A stretch of 63,915 nucleotides of DNA, counting the filler, from Hyphochytrium catenoides (lineage: Eukaryota > Protista > Hyphochytriomycota), in NCBI GenBank assembly GCA_900088475.1. It is 11 parts of 11 records of this genome, joined end to end, with 100 filler letters (N's around TTAATTAATTAA, not from the genome) between each part and the next. Parts side by side here need not be neighbours in the genome. Positions count along the whole stretch, not along the records: positions 58,482 to 61,349 come from FLMG01002908.1; positions 61,450 to 62,478 come from FLMG01003520.1; positions 62,579 to 63,915 come from FLMG01003297.1; 8 more parts are not named here. One strand, given 5' to 3'. The notes below the pieces were generated by a model. The model worked only from the letters and a program-made list of their open reading frames with translations, was not told where the DNA came from and ran no database searches. This document shows positions 58,382-63,915 of this stretch, piece after piece. Position 1 is the stretch's first letter. The number at the start of each line of letters is the position of its first letter. The position numbers were made by a program, and so were the translations under genes.

Positions 58382-58481
58382 NNNNNNNNNNNNNNNNNNN
58401 NNNNNNNNNNNNNNNNNNNNNNNNNTTAATTAATTAANNNNNNNNNNNNNNNNNNNNNNNNNNNNNNNNNNNNNNNNNNNN
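58382..58481. other. Artificial contig-joining spacer
   Basis: 44 N + TTAATTAATTAA + 44 N. Confidence 0.97.
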
Positions 58482-58604
58482 AGGAGCTTTCCCACCACCT
58501 CATGGTAGACAATGTTGGGAAGCAGCAGGTACGCCCTTTAGACCGGGATGCGACCAAAGAGGGAAGATTGAGTGAGATATGGGTGAGGAGAGAGCGAACA
58601 AGAA

Positions 58605-58689
<85 letters not shown>

Positions 58690-59075
58690 AGGGAAGGAGC
58701 GACAACTAAAAGAGAGGGAGGAGAGAAAGCGAAGGTGTGGAGAAAGAGGGAGCAGCAGCAAGAGAACGAAAGAGACTGGAGACAGGCAGCAGTACTGAAG
58801 AGAGGAGCGGCTCCCAGCACTTACAGCAGGGGCGTGTAGCGGTAGGTGGCGCGAGAGAAGGGTGATCTGCCCTCGGCGACGGCTCTGGCAGCATCCGTGT
58901 AGACTGCATAATCTATGTCCGTGTACTTCACTGCCAGGTGCGCGTCTTGCCAAGCTCCATAAGCAACTAGCGCGAGACGAAGGAGGAGACCGCCGCCATA
59001 ATAAAGAGTCATATACGGAGAGGAAGAAGTAAAAGACCCCGAGGAAGAACTGAGCTTCTTTTGCTGAAGGGCCAT
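58482..59075 (-). CDS. PIGM: GPI mannosyltransferase I (PIG-M/GPI14), first two exons, 3'-truncated
   Basis: Exon 59075-58825 gives [53 protein letters not shown] (DxD motif and YRYTP signature); exon 58535-58482 continues [18 protein letters not shown]. Confidence 0.93.
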
Positions 59076-59097
59076 CCTGATGGCATCTGTGCGGCAG

Positions 59098-59132
<35 letters not shown>

Positions 59133-59357
59133 CCTCACGATGGGATAGAAGAAATTATCGCCGAGTGTCCTCTGAGTCCTTAATTTCAGACAGTGAACGA
59201 AGGTGCGAGACTAGGCCAGGGCTCAAGGGTCAAAGACGCTTCCTAGCTCTGGAGAAGAGAGAAAGAGACCAAGCTTCCTACTCGCCAACAGCAGACGCTT
59301 AGCACCGAGCTGAGAAAAGAGAAAGAGAGAGAGCGAACGAGCGAGCGAGCGAGAGAC

Positions 59358-59400
<43 letters not shown>

Positions 59401-60452
59401 AAGAAAGAGAAGATAGAGATAGCAAGAGGAGAAACCCAAGAAAGGAAGATAGATACAGGAAAAGATAACTAAAAAAGATCTTTCCTCCACACAACTAACA
59501 TCGTGGTTGTGCGTAACCTCAGCCTCCAAGGCATATTTGGTGTATAGAATTGACCGCGACAGAGCGCTCCCTTTAGTGCGCTTTCTCCTAGCTCTTTAAC
59601 AAAGATTGTACCAGTCAAGGCACACAAAAGCATGAGTTCCTCGCTGCGGCCCTCACCGCCGGCGCCGCCACTGTCAAAGAAAGAAGACGAAGAGGCCAAG
59701 CAGTACTGCACTTCTCTTCTCGCAGCACGGCCGATGGCCGTCCTTCATTGATGTTGGTCGCTGTTGGTGCACTGCTAGATAGGCCTACGTCTTCACGCCA
59801 CCAGATGGGGCATGTAGAAGTGAAGCAGGAAACGAAGGCTCTGGCAATTCTTCAGGAGCAATGGCTCGCTGTCTGTAGCATCATGAGGCGTCATCTGACA
59901 CTTGCTTCACTACCTCTTCTCTTTCTCTCTTCTCATCCTCTGCAGTTGCTGTCGCTTTGAATTCCTTATTCCCAGAACGACTCCCTTCCCTTGGGTTGGG
60001 CGTCTTCTATTTGTGGAGGGTCGGTCACTTGCACACGCATAATCCTCGGTCCTCTTGCTCTGACCAGAACAGGGGGAGAGAGAAGACACTTAGAGAGAGA
60101 GAGAGACAGAGAGAGCGAGAGAATAAAAGGAAAAAGGGAGAGAGAGAAGACGGAGAACATGAAGAGAAGAGATCAGAGAAGAAATGAGAAATCAAGAAGA
60201 AATAAAAAGGGGTACATTCAAAGAGAGAGAGAGAGAAGAGAGGCTAGAAAAGAGAGAGTGAGAGAGGACAGGATCGACTGGATAGATATGAATAGGGCAA
60301 AGATAATAGAAAGAGCAGAGCCCTTGCGAGAGCTGAGGCCAGGCTGATGATATATCCAGCAGATCTGACGTGTCCTCCATCTGTCGACGGAAGGGTTTAG
60401 AGAACTCGATAGGCAACAGGACATGGTACGAAGGGGGAGGAGAGAGAGAGAG

Positions 60453-60483
<31 letters not shown>

Positions 60484-61349
60484 AGGGCAGGAGAAAGAGG
60501 AGGAGAGACGGATGAGTGTTGTTTCTAAGGTTTATCGATGTCTCGAGCCATGTTTTCTTTAGATCCTACTTCATCCTACAGCGCAATCGTCTCGCAAGGG
60601 CGCACAGAGAAAGCGCAAAATTAGGAGTGCAGCTTATGACCAACTCGAGCCTTTTCTCTTAACGCTGCCCCATGATGGGCGCCGACGTGGAAAGCACCGG
60701 CAAAAGCACTGGTAAACACAAGGAAACTAGAGGAGAAGAGCTATCAAGAAGAAAGAGAGACACCTGGCAATGCTGCTGCGTGATCAAACCGCAAAAGCAG
60801 AGATGCTTCATCTGTCTTCCCGCCTGCAGCTTTCCTCTGCTCTATAAATGGCTTGCCTAGCATCGGCCTCACTCTATCAGCTGGGATAAAGAGAGAGAAG
60901 AAACCTAAACCTCACGTTCGGTATATAAGATGATGACGCCGCTGCTAACAGAGTCCCTCTCCCTCTTCGTCTCTCCTTCTTCCTCTGTTGCTCCTTCGCC
61001 TGCTGCCTCAAGAACATAGGCCAGACGTTCTTCCCTCAACACTGATGTCAAATGATCGGGGAGGAGGAGACAACGCTATCACGAGGTCAAAGGCTGGAGA
61101 GAGTGAGACGAAGAAGAGGTCAACTCATTCTTGGGAGCATGGGCTATGACCCTGATTATTTATCTTCTACGCAGCACTATTTCTGTCTCTCCCAGTGTCT
61201 CTCCTTCTCTAGAGAAGACGGAAGAAGTGCCCTCGTTCTTCCCTGAACATTTCCATGATCATCGCCAATGAGTGATTGATCCCCATCCGGACCGTGATCG
61301 GAGGAGCGAGGACATCATAGAGTCTTTCTGCAGATGTGGTTCTCTCTTT

Positions 61350-61449
61350 NNNNNNNNNNNNNNNNNNNNNNNNNNNNNNNNNNNNNNNNNNNNTTAATTA
61401 ATTAANNNNNNNNNNNNNNNNNNNNNNNNNNNNNNNNNNNNNNNNNNNN
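61350..61449. other. Artificial contig-joining spacer
   Basis: 44 N + TTAATTAATTAA + 44 N. Confidence 0.97.
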
Positions 61450-62470
61450 CTGTGCTAGTAGAACCAACTTCAGGCAACACCGGTATTGGTCTTGCTTTTG
61501 CTGCCGCCGCGAAGGTAATACATATGAACCCAACAAGACTAGAAAGCTTGATGTGCCTTGTCTCTGTCCACGACCCCTTCGATTCTTTTGGGCTGCACAG
61601 CTGAACTATTGACAAGATTCGTGCTAACCTGTCTCTCCAGGGCTACAAGCTCAAGGTTGTTATGCCTGACACTGCGTCTTTGGAGCGCAGAATTCTCCTA
61701 AAAGCTTTTGGAGCGGAGCTAATTCTTACCCCTGGCGCTAAGGGTATGACTGGGGCTGTGGCAAAGGCGAAGGAGATTGTCAGTCAGGAGTCCAACACCT
61801 ACATGCTCCAACAGTTCGAGAACGCTGATAACCCTCAGGTAAGGTCAACTCAAGAGTCCCGTGCCCTTACAGGCTGTTGGACTGACTGCTGACTACTAGA
61901 TCCACTACGAGACTACGGGACCAGAGATCTGGAATGACACGGACGGGAAGGTTGACTACTTTATTAGCGGAGTGGGCACTGGTGGCACCCTGACGGGTGT
62001 CAGCCGCTACATCAAGGAGAAGAAGGCATCTGTAAAGACGATCGCTGTCGAGCCTGAGGAGTCTCCCGTTCTCTCTGGTGGCTCGCCAGCACCGCACAAG
62101 ATTCAGGGAATTGGTGCTGGGTTAGTGCTCGTACTGGGAGTCTCACAGAAGACCTCCTTGTCTCCATCTTTACCTATCTCAACTCACTTCTCCTGCTCTT
62201 TTGCGCTTGCTGCAAGGGCCCTCGGCCTCTCTTCTATCTGATCCCTTGTCACGTGTGTCAGTTCTGAAGCTCATAATGTCTTTTTTTCATAAAATAGGTT
62301 TGTTCCGGGCGTCCTTCGAACCGATCTTATTGATGAAATTATCACGGTTAACGCTCCTACGGCGATGGAGATGGCGAAGAGACTAGCTAAGGAGGAAGGC
62401 CTGTTAGTAGGCCCGTCATCCGGGGCGGCAGTGGTGTCTGCTCTTAGAGTAGCTCAGAGACCCGAGACAG
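61450..62470 (+). CDS. cysK: Cysteine synthase A / O-acetylserine (thiol)-lyase, internal 4 exons, both ends truncated
   Basis: Exons <61450-61514, 61641-61838, 61900-62120 and 62298-62470: [69 protein letters not shown]. Confidence 0.95.
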
Positions 62471-62478
62471 GTAAGATG

Positions 62479-62578
62479 NNNNNNNNNNNNNNNNNNNNNN
62501 NNNNNNNNNNNNNNNNNNNNNNTTAATTAATTAANNNNNNNNNNNNNNNNNNNNNNNNNNNNNNNNNNNNNNNNNNNN
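62479..62578. other. Artificial contig-joining spacer
   Basis: 44 N + TTAATTAATTAA + 44 N. Confidence 0.97.
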
Positions 62579-63915
62579 TTTTAGGGTTACCTCTTTTGGA
62601 TGATGAGTAGACTACTGTTTTACACGAATTTTATGGGTTTAATTCTAGTTCTTAATTTTATAGCGTTTTATGCAGTTGATGTGGCCTTCATTACCCAAAA
62701 ATAAGTAAAGAGTGTTTTCTAGTTGACTACTTACTGTTCGAAGGGACAAATGGAAGAGATGCAGTCTTCATTTTAACAACAGCTCTCCGAGTCAAGTACA
62801 ACAAAACCGGTCGTATATACCTTCTTATTCCCTACCTTATGGGGAATACAGCCATGTGTCAATTACGAGAATATCTGGTCAGGGTGCGAAGATATTGGGA
62901 AGCACGTGAGGCCAGGTCAGGAAATTTTGAGCTTCAGATTACACAATGGCCGCACCTTTTTTACAGTACTTTAACTTAGGAGAAATCTCCAGATTAATTC
63001 TGAAGCTCAAAGTCTTATACAGAAAATCTTAGGGAGTCTCAGGACAGTGTTCGGCTCGTTGACTCTCCCAAAGTGCATCCCCATACAATTGCTATATAAC
63101 AGGTGCGGCCACCATAGAAACCTGCCCTACTTTGAGACTCCATAGCTCTGGCCCCTGTGGACATATGAGTGCAAAAGCTATATTCCTAGAATCAGCTAAT
63201 TACGGACGTTTGAGCGGTATAGGCCACGATTAGTTATTCAAGACTCCGGAATTAGGTGTCTGAAAATTTACCCCCGAAAACAGGTGTTTTTGTTGTACAG
63301 GTAGTTGACTCAGATAACTGTTGGTAAAAAAAAGTACAAGACAACATGGTACCTGTACAAGGGCCTTGTACGGTACAAGTAAGTATGTGGGACGGTACAA
63401 GCGCTTGCTAGGTACTCCCTACAACGTAGCCCTAAGATATATTCAGCCATACTTGTGATCTTGTGGTACTTGTACTTGTGTAAATGACCATGGGAGACGG
63501 ACAATCCCTTCAAGTCTTGCAAGTTGCTTAATTATTTCAGGAAGCTACTACTTGTCTGCGTACATTTATTAACCCAGTTCTCTAGATAAATCTATTTCTT
63601 ATATAAGTGAAAGAGAGGAGAGAGGACGAGAGACGAGAGCCAGAAGGAGAGAGAAAGAGAGAGAGGGAGGGAGAGGAGAGGAAGAGAGGAGAGAGCGACA
63701 ACGAGAGAGAGAAAGAGAAAGAGAAAGAGAGAAAGGAGAGAGAGGAGAGAGAGAAAGCGAGAGAGAGAGGAGAGAGAGAAAGAGAGAGAGAGGAGAGAGA
63801 CAAAGAGAGAGAGAGATAAGAGAGAGAGTGTAAGGGATGATTGTACAAGTACAGTAGAGTAGCCTAGACATCCCCCTGGAGCCATGGAGTGACTGAGGTC
63901 ATCGAGTGGCTTGGG

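Noticed and set aside
59469-60430. Gene upstream of PIG-M on the minus strand
   Set aside because: Protein-like stretches exist but no consistent spliced, stop-free model or recognisable motif could be built.
58482-62470. PIG-M and cysteine synthase as a functional cluster
   Set aside because: They are on different contigs separated by an artificial spacer.
62579-62590. Telomeric repeat (TTTTAGGG) at a contig start
   Set aside because: Single unit only.
1-63915. The great majority of short ORFs rich in SLSL, ERER or FSLF
   Set aside because: AG/CT tracts lack stop codons in all frames; these ORFs have no domain signal and many lie in introns of the rebuilt genes.
63868-63915. SAM-domain start (W....EVIEWLG)
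   Set aside because: Only ~16 codons at the window edge, with imperfect spacing.

Overview
Eukaryotic draft-genome sequence, probably from a protist; the annexins and one membrane protein look stramenopile/oomycete-like to me, but that is inference only. The window is not one locus. It is 11 unrelated contigs/scaffolds joined by ten artificial 100-nt spacers (44 N + TTAATTAATTAA + 44 N), so only neighbours inside one segment are real. Non-coding DNA is saturated with (AG)n/(CT)n tracts, which generate most of the supplied ORFs as artefacts. Genes I rebuilt by hand from GT-AG splice sites: a complete 7-exon divergent annexin, a 5'-truncated canonical annexin, a 4-exon Myb/SANT-like (Harbinger-ORF1/LIMYB-type) gene, and partial PIG-M and cysteine synthase genes. 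Intronless ORFs include a 933-aa PPR-like protein, an 892-aa secreted Asn/Val/Gln-rich protein, a 524-aa polytopic membrane protein, a 244-aa type I membrane protein and a 1335-codon charged ORF. There are two Ty1/Copia fragments, a ~290-bp-arm inverted duplication and several diverged tandem repeats. The most unusual item is the PPR-like protein: 18 consecutive repeats that are 36 aa long (not 35) and alternate between two subtypes, giving a 72-aa dyad. No rRNA, tRNA or CRISPR features are supported. No database searches were run; all family calls are motif recognition by eye.
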